Of a DNA stretch of 64,000 nt, positions 49,051 to 58,808 are shown piece by piece. The notes beneath the pieces were generated by a model. It did no database searches. It worked only from the letters and a program-made list of their open reading frames with translations, and was not told the DNA's origin. Position numbers and translations under genes: made by a program. Numbering within the stretch: position 1 is the stretch's first letter; each line of letters begins with the position of its first letter. Source of the DNA: Spirochaetaceae bacterium (GTDB lineage Bacteria; Spirochaetota; Spirochaetia; DSM-27196; SKKC01); assembly GCA_007128315.1 (NCBI GenBank), contig SKXQ01000054.1, positions 14,377 through 78,376 on the forward strand. Reading direction: 5' to 3'.

Positions 49051-49524
49051 ATGAACACACGGAACGCACGACGGACTGCCCTTGCGTGGGTAATGGTATT
49101 TTTCATCTTTGGATGTGCAACCGTTCCAACGGATATTCCCGAGGATCTCACCGCACCTGAGCTTTTTCAGAGAGCCCAGGAGGCGGTCGATCAGAGCAAC
49201 TTCCGCGCGGCCGACGTATACTACCAGACAGCACTGGACCGGTTCGGAGACAGTCCCGAGGTTGCGGTCGTCGCCGAGTACGAGCTCGGATTCCTGCGCT
49301 ATCGACAGGGAGACCTCGAAGGTGCGCGACCATTCTTTGAAGCGGTCCTGCGACGCTACGAGGAGTCCGGCCAGGCTCGGGCGCAGCTTCCGCCCTGGCC
49401 TCCCGTATTGTCGCAGCGCTTTCTTGATCGCATCGAGGCAGGCGAAGGCCCTGACTTTGATCCGCCACCGGGGGGCTCCGAGCCGCCTTCGGCCGCTCCG
49501 GGCGCCTCGCCGAATCTTCCATGA
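49051..49524 (+). CDS. TPR-containing lipoprotein (BamD/YbgF-like)
   Basis: Lipobox IFGC; ELFQRAQEA...YY, AEYELGFLRYRQGD; Pro-rich tail. Confidence 0.8.
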   Translation: MNTRNARRTALAWVMVFFIFGCATVPTDIPEDLTAPELFQRAQEAVDQSNFRAADVYYQTALDRFGDSPEVAVVAEYELGFLRYRQGDLEGARPFFEAVLRRYEESGQARAQLPPWPPVLSQRFLDRIEAGEGPDFDPPPGGSEPPSAAPGASPNLP

Positions 49525-49535
49525 CCTGAAAGTCC

Positions 49536-50762
49536 TTATCGCTGGCGGTCCGGTGGTAACAGAATGGTATGTATTCTCACCTCGTGCTCGACTGCGGCAA
49601 TTGCCACGCTCTCGAAGGTGATATTGCCCCGGGGACGCGGGTGTGGCGGAGCATCCCCGATAAGCACGATATGGCGTTCATCCGTGACCCAGTCGTACCC
49701 GTGAATCGCCGCGTACAGCGCCTCGTGCACTGCCTCGGGTATATCACCGCCTCCACCTACAGAAACGTTCTCGAGTATTGTCCTTATTGATTCGGCATCG
49801 TGCTCAAAGGGAAGAACCCGGTTCAGATACACCGAAAAGTAATCCCTGAACAGCGTTATTCCGACCGCGAGATCGGGGATACGTTCGTAGAGCGCGTCCA
49901 CTGCAGACGGCAGCTGATCCCGCACGGTATCGACCCATATTCCCATGCTGCCGGTGGTATCGATTACGAGTACGACTTCGGCAGCCGGGCCGGCATTTTC
50001 GATGGGATCGAGAACCGCCGCAATGAGGTCATCGGCTTCGAGTACATAGCGCTCGTCCCCGTCGGTCGCACGCGCGAGACGACGGAACTCACGGAGCGCG
50101 TCGTCATCGAGACGGTCGTCGTCAGGGCGGGCCTCGACGACGCGCTCACGCACCTCGGGCTCGGGTACGTGTTCGGGCTCTGGTTCGGGCTCTGGTTCGG
50201 GCTCTGGTTCGACAACCGGCTCGGGCTCCGGTTCCGGCGGGCGTTCAAGAAACGATACACGCATGCGAAAAGGGTTGTCCCGGAACGCTCCAGTGTAGTC
50301 GCCGTAGGGAAGCTCGAACGTGCGCACGCTGAGCCAGGTTCCGTCCCCGACGCTGATGCTGCCCTCTCGCGACCAGGGATAGCCGTAGACGACCGTTTCC
50401 GGTATGAACAGCTCGAAAACCTCTCCGAGGCGTTCGTGCGGGCGTATCGAGGACGAGATAATCGACTTCGCGGTGTTTATCTCGTTCAGCACCTCGCCGT
50501 TGAGCAGTCGCTGTTCACCGGCGAGCAGCGGATGCTCGACCGGGCTTCGAAGCGCAAAAGATGCAGCCACGCGTGCCGGGTCTTCGGTCGACTCGGTCAG
50601 CAGCACCGAGCCTATGTCCGGCAACGCGCGAACCGAGAGAATGTAGCCGCCTTCGGTCATGCGGATAGCAAGGTCGGCACCGGTAAGCTCGAGATCTGCT
50701 GCCGAAACTGCATACGTTGACAGGAGCGCAATAAGCGCCACAAGACCTGGTCTGATACGCAT
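49536..50762 (-). CDS. Exported von Willebrand factor A domain protein with Pro-Glu linker
   Basis: Signal peptide; MIDAS-like VIDTTGSM, FRDY, GGGDIPEAV, IGDAPPH. Confidence 0.88.
   Translation of the reverse strand: MRIRPGLVALIALLSTYAVSAADLELTGADLAIRMTEGGYILSVRALPDIGSVLLTESTEDPARVAASFALRSPVEHPLLAGEQRLLNGEVLNEINTAKSIISSSIRPHERLGEVFELFIPETVVYGYPWSREGSISVGDGTWLSVRTFELPYGDYTGAFRDNPFRMRVSFLERPPEPEPEPVVEPEPEPEPEPEPEHVPEPEVRERVVEARPDDDRLDDDALREFRRLARATDGDERYVLEADDLIAAVLDPIENAGPAAEVVLVIDTTGSMGIWVDTVRDQLPSAVDALYERIPDLAVGITLFRDYFSVYLNRVLPFEHDAESIRTILENVSVGGGGDIPEAVHEALYAAIHGYDWVTDERHIVLIGDAPPHPRPRGNITFESVAIAAVEHEVRIHTILLPPDRQR
50175..50210. repeat. 3 x 12-bp perfect tandem repeat (EPEP linker)
   Basis: GGGCTCTGGTTC x3, within a longer degenerate PE tract. 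Confidence 0.9.
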
Positions 50763-50819
50763 GTATAGATTTTCGGCAGATATGCGTCGCGCCTTACTGT
50801 CCGCGACCGTGGTGATGGA

Positions 50820-51260
50820 TTACTCTATGGTCGCCGGAAGCCACGATCCGCGGTCTCCGGGCAGTGCATCGCGGAAAAAGTCAAAGTCATCGAGAAACGA
50901 TGGCAGAAAGCGGCACAGATCCACCGCATCATCGGTGTCCCAGGCGAAAATGAGCGTTTCTCCGTCGTGCTCAAGCACACGCACCTGCAGATCCGGATCT
51001 GCAAGCACCCGCAGGATCCGCGTCCCGCACTGCACGGTCGACGCGTCCTCCGGCAGAGGCAACCCGGCTTCGGTGTAGTAGACAAACAGATCGACACCTG
51101 CACGCTCATAGCGTGCGCGGTGGTAAGGCACGACCAGGGTCGGAAAAAGCTCAATCCCGACGATACGCCGTGGAGCCTCCACGAGCACACCGGTTTCAGC
51201 AGAGGCGGGAAATACCGCGAGTACGGACAGCAGAATCGCTATCCGGACCGGACTACTCAA
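50820..51260 (-). CDS. Small exported hypothetical protein
   Basis: TTG start overlapping the glmS stop; signal peptide SSPVRIAILLSVLAVFPASA. Confidence 0.6.
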   Translation of the reverse strand: MSSPVRIAILLSVLAVFPASAETGVLVEAPRRIVGIELFPTLVVPYHRARYERAGVDLFVYYTEAGLPLPEDASTVQCGTRILRVLADPDLQVRVLEHDGETLIFAWDTDDAVDLCRFLPSFLDDFDFFRDALPGDRGSWLPATIE

Positions 51261-53079
51261 CGGTGACGCTTTTAGCAAGATTCCTGGGCTGGTCAACATC
51301 ACGGCCAAGTTCGAGGGCGGTATAGTAGGCGAAGAGCTGAAGCGGGACAACCGTCAGGTACGGGTACAGCAGCTCGTGTGTCCTGGGAACGAACATCACG
51401 TCGTCGACAATATCGGCGAGCTCGTTGTCGCCGTCGACTCCGAGGGCGATCACCTTCCCGTTTCTCGCCTTCACTTCCTTCATGTTTGAGATGACCTTGT
51501 CCCGAAGGCCGTCGTTGGGGACAATAAACAGACTCGGGGTTTCCTCGTTGATCAAGGCAATGGGCCCGTGCTTGATCTCCGCGGCGCTGTAGCCTTCCGC
51601 GTGTATGTAACTGATCTCCTTGAGCTTCAGCGCCCCCTCGAGGGCAACGGGATAGTTAATACCGCGACCAAGAAAGAGGAAGTTTTTCGCCTGTGCGTAC
51701 TTCTTCGCGAGTTCCTGTATGTGCTCCGTTCGCGTCAGGACTTCCTGAACCAGATCAGGAATCTGCTCAAGATCGTGCATGAAGCGAAGACCCGCCTCGT
51801 AGCTCATATGCCGCATGCGGGCGAGCAGCAGGGTAAACAGGTACAGGGCACTGAGCTGGCTCGTAAAGGCCTTGGTGGAAGCTACGGCTATCTCGGGACC
51901 CGAGTGTATGTAGACGCCTCCGTCGCTCTCCCGCGGAATGGTCGAGCCAACCACGTTACAGATTCCGAGCACCCGCGCACCCTTGCGCTGGAGCTCACGC
52001 ATGGCGTAAAGCGTATCCGCGGTCTCTCCGCTCTGGCTGACGGCAAAATACACGTTGTTCCGTTCGACAATCGGGTTTCGGTAGCGAAGCTCGCTCGCAA
52101 GCTCGCTGCCGGCAGGAACCCGCGCGAGGCTCTCAAGCGCGTACGCGGCGACAAGACCGGCGTGGTAACTTGTTCCGGCCGCGATGATCTTGACCCGCTC
52201 GATGTCGAGCAGCTCGCGGCTGGTCATGTTCAGGCCGCCGAGGTGGGCCGTCGCATTCTCCGGCTCAAGCCTGCCCTGAATGGCCCTCAGAATACTTTCG
52301 GGCTGCTCAAAGATCTCTTTCTGCATGTAATGGTCGTAGCCGTTCTTCTCTATTTCCTCGATCTGCCAGCCTATAACCTGAAGCTCGCGGTCTATGGGCT
52401 TGTCGCGCAGATCGGTGGTGCGATAGCCGTCTGTGGTAATCCGCACCACTTCGCCGTCCTCAATGTAGAGAACCTGCTTTGTATGCTCGACCAGTGCGGT
52501 GACGTCGCTTGCGATAAGCATCTCACCGTCTCCGACTCCGACCACAAGCGGAGATCCGTTGCGCGCACCGACGATCACGCCGGGCTCATTGACGTGCATC
52601 GCGAGCATCCCGTAGGTACCCTTAAGCAGAGCCACAGCCTGTTTTACCGAACGTTCGAGGTCTCCGTCGTACAGGTCGGACAGGAGGTGAGCTATGACCT
52701 CGCTGTCGGTCTCCGAGACAAAGACGTAGCCTTTCCCCTGGAGGCGCTGCTTGAGCGCGGTGTAGTTCTCGATGATACCGTTATGCACTATGGAAACGGA
52801 AGCTGCCGCATCGGTATGCGGATGCGCGTTCCGGTCGGAAACCTCGCCGTGTGTTGCCCAGCGGGTATGCCCGATACCGGTACCGCCGGGCAGTTCGGAC
52901 GGAACTGCCTTGCGCAGGTCCAGGATCTTGCCCTTTTTCTTGACAACCCGGTGTCGCCCGTCGGGACCGAGCACGCTTATTCCGGCGGAATCGTACCCCC
53001 GGTATTCAAGCCGTTTCAGCCCCTCGATGAGAATAGGGGAAGCAACCTTGGGTCCACAGTAACCGATAATTCCACACAT
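51253..53079 (-). CDS. glmS: Glutamine--fructose-6-phosphate transaminase (isomerizing)
   Basis: MCGIIG, LEYRGYDSAG, GHTRWATHG, SQSGETADT, VASTKAF, PRNLAKSVTVE. Confidence 0.99.
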   Translation of the reverse strand: MCGIIGYCGPKVASPILIEGLKRLEYRGYDSAGISVLGPDGRHRVVKKKGKILDLRKAVPSELPGGTGIGHTRWATHGEVSDRNAHPHTDAAASVSIVHNGIIENYTALKQRLQGKGYVFVSETDSEVIAHLLSDLYDGDLERSVKQAVALLKGTYGMLAMHVNEPGVIVGARNGSPLVVGVGDGEMLIASDVTALVEHTKQVLYIEDGEVVRITTDGYRTTDLRDKPIDRELQVIGWQIEEIEKNGYDHYMQKEIFEQPESILRAIQGRLEPENATAHLGGLNMTSRELLDIERVKIIAAGTSYHAGLVAAYALESLARVPAGSELASELRYRNPIVERNNVYFAVSQSGETADTLYAMRELQRKGARVLGICNVVGSTIPRESDGGVYIHSGPEIAVASTKAFTSQLSALYLFTLLLARMRHMSYEAGLRFMHDLEQIPDLVQEVLTRTEHIQELAKKYAQAKNFLFLGRGINYPVALEGALKLKEISYIHAEGYSAAEIKHGPIALINEETPSLFIVPNDGLRDKVISNMKEVKARNGKVIALGVDGDNELADIVDDVMFVPRTHELLYPYLTVVPLQLFAYYTALELGRDVDQPRNLAKSVTVE

Positions 53080-53103
53080 ATCCGACTCCCGAATTGATCT
53101 GTA

Positions 53104-53721
53104 TCAGCTGCCGAGGCCCGCTTCGTGACGAAGCCCTGTCTGACTTTCAAGGCGGATGGTCTTTTCATCCTCGCTGAAGATCAGGGCGGCAACGAACTGT
53201 TTAAGTACATTCTCGACTATATCACGGTCGATCCCAAGGTTCCCGGCCACATCCTGTATCGTTTGCGCACGATCCATTGCAGGCTCGTGCGGATTCTCGA
53301 GAGACCGCACGTAGAGGGTCAGCGCGATCATGCGCCTGAAATTGGCATTCACCATGGTGTCGATACGATCGTTGGCTCCCTGCAGGCGCCTGCAGAGTTT
53401 GTCTATGACATTCATGGCAATTTTGCTGTTCTTGGAGATCAGCCCCAGAAACCCCTGCCGGTCAAAGGCGAGTAACTGAACCTCGTCGACAGCCTTTGCG
53501 CTTGCTGTTCGCTTTACCCAGCTGACAATGGCCATTTCACCGAAAAACTCTCCGCGCCCGAGCTGTGCAAGCTCCACCTGTCGACCGCTGATACGCTTGG
53601 TAATACTGACCGTCCCCGACTGGACAATGAACATGAGCGTGCCGTCTTCACCCTCGTCGAAAATGGTCTCTCCCGGGGTAAAAGACTGTCCGTACTGCTC
53701 AAATAATGATGACCCGGCCAT
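53104..53721 (-). CDS. Crp/Fnr-family cyclic-nucleotide-binding protein
   Basis: IFDEGEDG-MFIVQSG, FFGEMAI...RTASAKA; weak C-terminal HTH-like region. Confidence 0.88.
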   Translation of the reverse strand: MAGSSLFEQYGQSFTPGETIFDEGEDGTLMFIVQSGTVSITKRISGRQVELAQLGRGEFFGEMAIVSWVKRTASAKAVDEVQLLAFDRQGFLGLISKNSKIAMNVIDKLCRRLQGANDRIDTMVNANFRRMIALTLYVRSLENPHEPAMDRAQTIQDVAGNLGIDRDIVENVLKQFVAALIFSEDEKTIRLESQTGLRHEAGLGS

Positions 53722-53803
53722 GTGCGGTCACTCCCGTGATGCATTTATTCCAATCAGAACGGCGCGTGCGCGCGTACTACTCTGTACAAGGAGAACTTTG
53801 CGT

Positions 53804-54883
53804 ATGATGCCACGGATCAACAGATTCCGACAACGCTCCGTGCTGGCACCTGCCCTTTGTGCCCTGCTCGCTGTCGCCTGCTCGCCGCCGCGGGACCTGC
53901 GTCCCGACCTGAACCGCGATGTCTGGCCTCCGCGACTCTTTTCGGTCGCCATGGCGACCCCGCAGGAACTCACCCTGGAGTTCGACAAGCCGGTGACCGT
54001 CGTCGTCGACTCGCTCGCAGTCGAGCTGTTCGATGAAACCTCGGACGAACAGGATGATGATTCACCCGGTATTCGCGTGGCACGCGATGGTGAGTCTGAG
54101 GTGCGCCTTGCCTTTGACCAGCCGACCCGCCCCGGAGTCCGCTACTCGGTCGGAGCTGCGGTAGAGGACTCGCGCGGTAACAGCCTGCAGCTTGTCGCCT
54201 TCGCCTACGGGTACAACGATCGCGTACCGCGGCTTCAGATAAACGAGTTCATAACGCGACGCAGTGCGAACCACCCGGAAATGGCCGAAGTCCTCGTTCT
54301 GTCCGACGGAAATCTCGGCGGAATCACCGTGACAAACGGTACAAAGAGCGATTATACAGACCGTTTCATCTTCCCGTCGGTCGAAGTGCGTGCAGGAGAG
54401 TTCATGCTTCTGCATTTTCGTCCCGAAGGGGCGGAACACGAGATATCCGAGTTCGGGACTGAGCTCGACCTCTCAGGAGGGCTGAACGCACAGGATCACG
54501 CGAGGGATATCTGGATACCCGGAGCAGCCGGGCTTCCCGGGAATAACGGGGTTCTCGCGATCTGGGAACACCCGGCAGGCCACCCGATCGACGCGGTGGC
54601 GTGGACAAACCGCACGTCGGCGAGCGATGAACGCTACCGTGGCTTCGGCAGTTCACGCATGGAACGCTGGGTCGACGAACTGGTCGATGCTGGTGCGTGG
54701 GTTATAGAGGGGCTGAGCCCGAGACCCGAAGATCTGATATGGATCGATTACTCAACGGCTACGCGGAGTATGAACCGGAGCCCGGGGGCAGCAAACACCC
54801 GTTCCGCGTCGGACTGGCATACCGCGCCAACGCGGGGCTCGAGCTGGGGGGAAGAGAATACGACTGAGGTACACACGCCCTGA
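53804..54883 (+). CDS. Lipoprotein with Ig-like and lamin-tail-like domains (putative)
   Basis: Lipobox LAVAC; LTLEFDKPV, LQINEF...EMAEV, FIFPSVEVRAGEFMLLH, SWGEEN. Confidence 0.65.
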   Translation: MMPRINRFRQRSVLAPALCALLAVACSPPRDLRPDLNRDVWPPRLFSVAMATPQELTLEFDKPVTVVVDSLAVELFDETSDEQDDDSPGIRVARDGESEVRLAFDQPTRPGVRYSVGAAVEDSRGNSLQLVAFAYGYNDRVPRLQINEFITRRSANHPEMAEVLVLSDGNLGGITVTNGTKSDYTDRFIFPSVEVRAGEFMLLHFRPEGAEHEISEFGTELDLSGGLNAQDHARDIWIPGAAGLPGNNGVLAIWEHPAGHPIDAVAWTNRTSASDERYRGFGSSRMERWVDELVDAGAWVIEGLSPRPEDLIWIDYSTATRSMNRSPGAANTRSASDWHTAPTRGSSWGEENTTEVHTP

Positions 54884-54884
54884 C

Positions 54885-55202
54885 CTACAGGGCGGACTTG
54901 AGCATTTCCTCGATCTGTGGCTTGGGAACGGCACCGACCTGCTGCTTGACGACTTCGCCGTCTTTCATAAGCAGAAGCGTGGGAATGCTGACGATGTTGT
55001 ACTTGCTCGCAAGCTCCTGCTGCGAATCCACATCAACCTTCCCTATCTTGATCTTACCTTCGTATTCCCCGGCGAGTTCTTCGAGAACCGGGGCGACCAT
55101 CTTGCAGGGCATGCACCAGTCGGCCCAGAAATCGAGCAGAACAGGTACGTCCGAGTTCGCGACTTCGTCTTCAAAATTATCCTTGGTTACTGTTACTTCC
55201 AT
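54885..55202 (-). CDS. trxA: Thioredoxin
   Basis: VLLDFWADWCMPCKMVAP, SIPTL; own promoter TTGATG-N17-TACAAT. Confidence 0.96.
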   Translation of the reverse strand: MEVTVTKDNFEDEVANSDVPVLLDFWADWCMPCKMVAPVLEELAGEYEGKIKIGKVDVDSQQELASKYNIVSIPTLLLMKDGEVVKQQVGAVPKPQIEEMLKSAL

Positions 55203-55252
55203 GATCTCTCCATTGTACTGCTTTGCCGCCCGACCATCAATCGAACGCGCAC

Positions 55253-56002
55253 TCATTTTGCGTCAAGAAGCGACTCCGCTCGTGCTTTCACCGCCTCGTA
55301 AACGCCCGAACCCGACGCCGCGGCGATCGTCCGTACGAAGGCACTGCCGACAACCGCTGCCTCGCAGTGCGGTGCGAGGGCCTGCACCTGTCCTGCGTCC
55401 TGTATGCCGAAACCCGCGAAAATCTTCGTACCCGAGGCACCGATCTTCTCGAGAAAGCCCATATTCAGCGCTCCGAGCTCGGTACGACTTCCGGTCGTCC
55501 CGGTTCGCAGCGCCACGTAGACGTACTCGGGCTTCGTAGACAACGCGAGGTCCACGCGTGCGTCTGCCGAGGTTGCCACAAGCACCGGGACGCAGGCTAT
55601 GCCCGCGTCGCGGCAGGCATCGTAGAGACCTTCGTCGTAATCCGGAGGCAGATCGGGAACAATGAGTCCTGCGACCCCGTGTTCCCGCGCGCGCGCGACG
55701 AAAGCCTGTACCCCCGGGCGGTATATCAGGCTCGCGTAGCTCATGAGAAAGACAGGAGTGTCGGTGATGGTTCTGATCTCGTCGAGGAAGGCAAAGCCGT
55801 CGGCCACGGTAAAACCGGCTTCAAGCGCGTCGCTGCACGCAGCCTGTATGGCAGGCCCGTCAGCGGTCGGATCGGAAAAGGGAAACTGTACCTCGAGGTA
55901 GGAAACTCCGGCGTCGACGAGTCCCCGAACAGCGTCCATGCTCTGCGCACGGTCGGGATACCAGGGAATGACGTGCGCCATGATCCGTGTCGTGTTACTC
56001 AT
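55253..56002 (-). CDS. trpA: Tryptophan synthase alpha chain
   Basis: EVQFPFSDPTADGPAIQ, LIVPDLP, GTTG, AGFGI, VVGSAFV. Confidence 0.96.
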   Translation of the reverse strand: MSNTTRIMAHVIPWYPDRAQSMDAVRGLVDAGVSYLEVQFPFSDPTADGPAIQAACSDALEAGFTVADGFAFLDEIRTITDTPVFLMSYASLIYRPGVQAFVARAREHGVAGLIVPDLPPDYDEGLYDACRDAGIACVPVLVATSADARVDLALSTKPEYVYVALRTGTTGSRTELGALNMGFLEKIGASGTKIFAGFGIQDAGQVQALAPHCEAAVVGSAFVRTIAAASGSGVYEAVKARAESLLDAK

Positions 56003-57222
56003 AGACTCGCCGCCTCCCGTGTCAGAAATTCCTTCCAGCGCTCAGCATCCAGTTCGCGTGCGGTAATAAAGAGATCCTTGTCCCCGCGTCCGCTCATGTT
56101 GATGACAACTGCCTCGTCGGGCGTAAGCTCTTTCGCGCGCCTGATCGCCACCATGCCAGCGTGCGCGCTTTCCAGCGCGAATATCACACCTTCCTTCCGC
56201 GCGAAGTACTGCAGCCCCTCAAGCGCCTCGGAGTCGGTCGCCCGCTCGAAACGCACGCGCCCGGTCTGCCCGAGATGCGCAAGCTGAGGCCCGACCCCGG
56301 GATAATCGAGGCCTGCGCTCACCGAATGCGTCGGCATGACCTGCCCGTCATCGTCCAGGAGAAAGAGACTGCGGTAGCCCTGAACGATGCCCGGTGTGCC
56401 GAGACCATTCATGCGTGCGGCGTGGTCGCCCTGTGCAGGCCCCCGCCCCCCGGCTTCCACGCCAATGAGTTCGGGTTCGGTTTCATGGATGTAGGGGGAG
56501 AAGAAGCCCATGGCGTTGGATCCCCCTCCTACACAGGTCACCAGCGTTGTCGGCCGTACGCCGAGGGCTGACAGCTGCGACACAACCTCGGTTCCGATCA
56601 CGCTCTGAAACTCCCTGACCATGTCGGGAAAGGGACTCGGGCCCAGGGCGCTTCCGAGAAGGTAGTGTGTGTCGGCGAAGTTAGCCGACCAGTCGCGCAT
56701 GGCCTCGTTGACCGCGTCCTTGAGCGTGCGGGCACCGGATGTCACCGGAACAACTTCCGCCCCGTACATCTCCATCCAGAACACGTTGGGCTTCTGACGT
56801 CGCATGTCGACCTCGCCCATGTAGACCCGACACTGCAGGCCGAGCTTCGCACACACCGCCGCGGTCGCAACCCCATGCTGCCCGGCCCCGGTCTCGGCGA
56901 TGATGCGGGGTTTGCCCATGCGCCTGGCGAGAAGAGCCTGCCCGAGCGCGTTGTTGATCTTGTGGGCACCGGTTGCCGCAAGACCTTCGAGCTTTATGTA
57001 GATCTGCGCGCCTCCCACGTCCCGTGTCACGTTCTCCGCGTGCAGAAGCGGCGTCGGTCGGCCGACGTAGCTCGCGAGCAGACGATGGAACTCTCTCATG
57101 AAGGCCTCGTCCGACAGCGCGTCGACGAAGGCAGATTCGAGCTCGTCGAGCGGGGAACGGAGCACCTCTGCAACGTAGCGGCCCCCGAACTCGCCGAAAA
57201 AGTCATTGTAAAGCTGCTTCAT
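55999..57222 (-). CDS. trpB: Tryptophan synthase beta chain
   Basis: FGEFGGRYV, GAHKINN, AETGAGQHGVATA, VGGGSNAMG, SAGLDYPGVGP, SGRGDKD. Confidence 0.98.
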   Translation of the reverse strand: MKQLYNDFFGEFGGRYVAEVLRSPLDELESAFVDALSDEAFMREFHRLLASYVGRPTPLLHAENVTRDVGGAQIYIKLEGLAATGAHKINNALGQALLARRMGKPRIIAETGAGQHGVATAAVCAKLGLQCRVYMGEVDMRRQKPNVFWMEMYGAEVVPVTSGARTLKDAVNEAMRDWSANFADTHYLLGSALGPSPFPDMVREFQSVIGTEVVSQLSALGVRPTTLVTCVGGGSNAMGFFSPYIHETEPELIGVEAGGRGPAQGDHAARMNGLGTPGIVQGYRSLFLLDDDGQVMPTHSVSAGLDYPGVGPQLAHLGQTGRVRFERATDSEALEGLQYFARKEGVIFALESAHAGMVAIRRAKELTPDEAVVINMSGRGDKDLFITARELDAERWKEFLTREAASL

Positions 57223-58808
57223 ACCGATGCCTCCTGAGCGACTGCCGCGTCGATCTCCGCGAACAGCGTTCGTATCTTCTGTGCGTCCTTGTATCCCGTT
57301 TCGTCCTCGAGCCCGCTCGAAACGTCGACAAGCTCCGGGTTGAACTGCCGCACAAGCTCCCCGACATTATCGGGCCTGATGCCACCGGCAACCCAGAGCG
57401 GCCCCTGCGCGCAGACTGCTTCGAGGATTTCGGGGTCGAGTCTTCGCCCCGTCCCTCCCCGTGCGTTCCGACTGTACGCGTCAACGAGACAGCGCGGACA
57501 GTAAAAGTCGCCGAGCCCCTTCGCATCTTCAGGCGTGCGAAGCTGCATTGCCTTGTAGTAGGGGAAGGCAAGAGGTGCGCACTCATCCGGCTTTTCGTCG
57601 CCGTGCAGCTGCACCGCATCCAGATAGCCTTCGGCGAGAAGCTCCTGAACCTCAAGCGGCAGCACCGCCTCGGCATCCTTCCCGTCACGAGCAACGACAA
57701 CCGCAACCTTCAGCGCATCGAGGCCCGCGCACTCCCTGACGCACGCCGCACTGCTGCGCCGCGGGCTTTCGGCAAAGACGAAGCCCAGAAGATCAGCCCC
57801 TGCATCAACCGCCACGGCAGCGTCGGCAGCTCGCATTATACCGCAGACCTTGACCCAGGGGCGCCGGTGCCGTTTCGCGGTCAGGCGATACCAGAAGCCG
57901 CCGGGGTGCAATGAGCTCGCGGGGGCGTTATCCGGCCCGGTGGCGGCTGGTGTCCCGGTCGCGCTGCCCGTCCAGGCCGCCGGCCGCCCCGCAGCCGTCG
58001 GGTTTACTGCGCCCCTGCTGCCCGTCGCAGCCGCTTGCCGGGCGCCAAGCGCGAGACCGCGTCTGATCGCGGGAATTCGGGTATGGTCGCGCACCACCGA
58101 CTCACCTACGAGCACACCGCTGAAGCCCGACTGCGAGGCGAGTGCCGCCTGCTCCTCTTCGAAGATCCCCGACTCGTAGACTACCCTGCAGGGCCAGTCT
58201 ATCGCGTGGCGGACCCGCACGGGTCCAAGCGGATCTATGCGGAAGGTCTTGAGGTCGCGGGCATTCACTCCGACCAGCCCGGGTTCGATAGGCGCAACGC
58301 GGCGAGCCTCGCTCTCATCGTGCACCTCAACGAGCGCCTCCATTCCGAGTTCTCCCGCCCGGGCGTACATGGCCGACAGTTCGCCGTCCGACAGGAGGGA
58401 GGCTATAAGCAGTATGCAGTCGGCACCGGCGCGGTAGGAATACTCGACGTCGGTCACGTCCAGAAGAAAATCCTTACGAAGGACCGGCAGATCGGGAAAG
58501 GTTTTCTTGACGACCATGAGGTCGGTGAGGCTGCCACCGAAGTGATCCTCTTCGGTGAGGACCGAGATCGCGTCCGCACCAAGCTCACGGTAGGTGCCTG
58601 CCAGCCGCACCGGCTGTATGCTCCCGTCAATGGTCCCCCGCGAGGGGCTTTTCCGCTTGATTTCACAGATCACGAAGTTTGAACGCGGAAACGGAACTAC
58701 CGGGTGCATTCGCTCAGGCGGCAGGAAGGAGCCCAGGCTGTAACCCTCGGTCGATACGCGCTCCCGGCGTTTCGCCGCGATTCGGGTCAGTATATCGACG
58801 TCACTCAT
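57219..58808 (-). CDS. trpCF: Bifunctional indole-3-glycerol-phosphate synthase / phosphoribosylanthranilate isomerase
   Basis: TrpC motifs EIKRKSPSRG, SVLTE, LRKDF, GVNARDL; TrpF motifs VKVCGI, VQLHGDE, GGTG, VDVSSGLE; long Ala/Gly/Pro/Thr linker between them. Confidence 0.95.
   Translation of the reverse strand: MSDVDILTRIAAKRRERVSTEGYSLGSFLPPERMHPVVPFPRSNFVICEIKRKSPSRGTIDGSIQPVRLAGTYRELGADAISVLTEEDHFGGSLTDLMVVKKTFPDLPVLRKDFLLDVTDVEYSYRAGADCILLIASLLSDGELSAMYARAGELGMEALVEVHDESEARRVAPIEPGLVGVNARDLKTFRIDPLGPVRVRHAIDWPCRVVYESGIFEEEQAALASQSGFSGVLVGESVVRDHTRIPAIRRGLALGARQAAATGSRGAVNPTAAGRPAAWTGSATGTPAATGPDNAPASSLHPGGFWYRLTAKRHRRPWVKVCGIMRAADAAVAVDAGADLLGFVFAESPRRSSAACVRECAGLDALKVAVVVARDGKDAEAVLPLEVQELLAEGYLDAVQLHGDEKPDECAPLAFPYYKAMQLRTPEDAKGLGDFYCPRCLVDAYSRNARGGTGRRLDPEILEAVCAQGPLWVAGGIRPDNVGELVRQFNPELVDVSSGLEDETGYKDAQKIRTLFAEIDAAVAQEASV

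Noticed and set aside
53080-53103. glmS ribozyme upstream of glmS
   Set aside because: Only about 24 bp separate glmS from the upstream Crp-family gene; no room and no motif.
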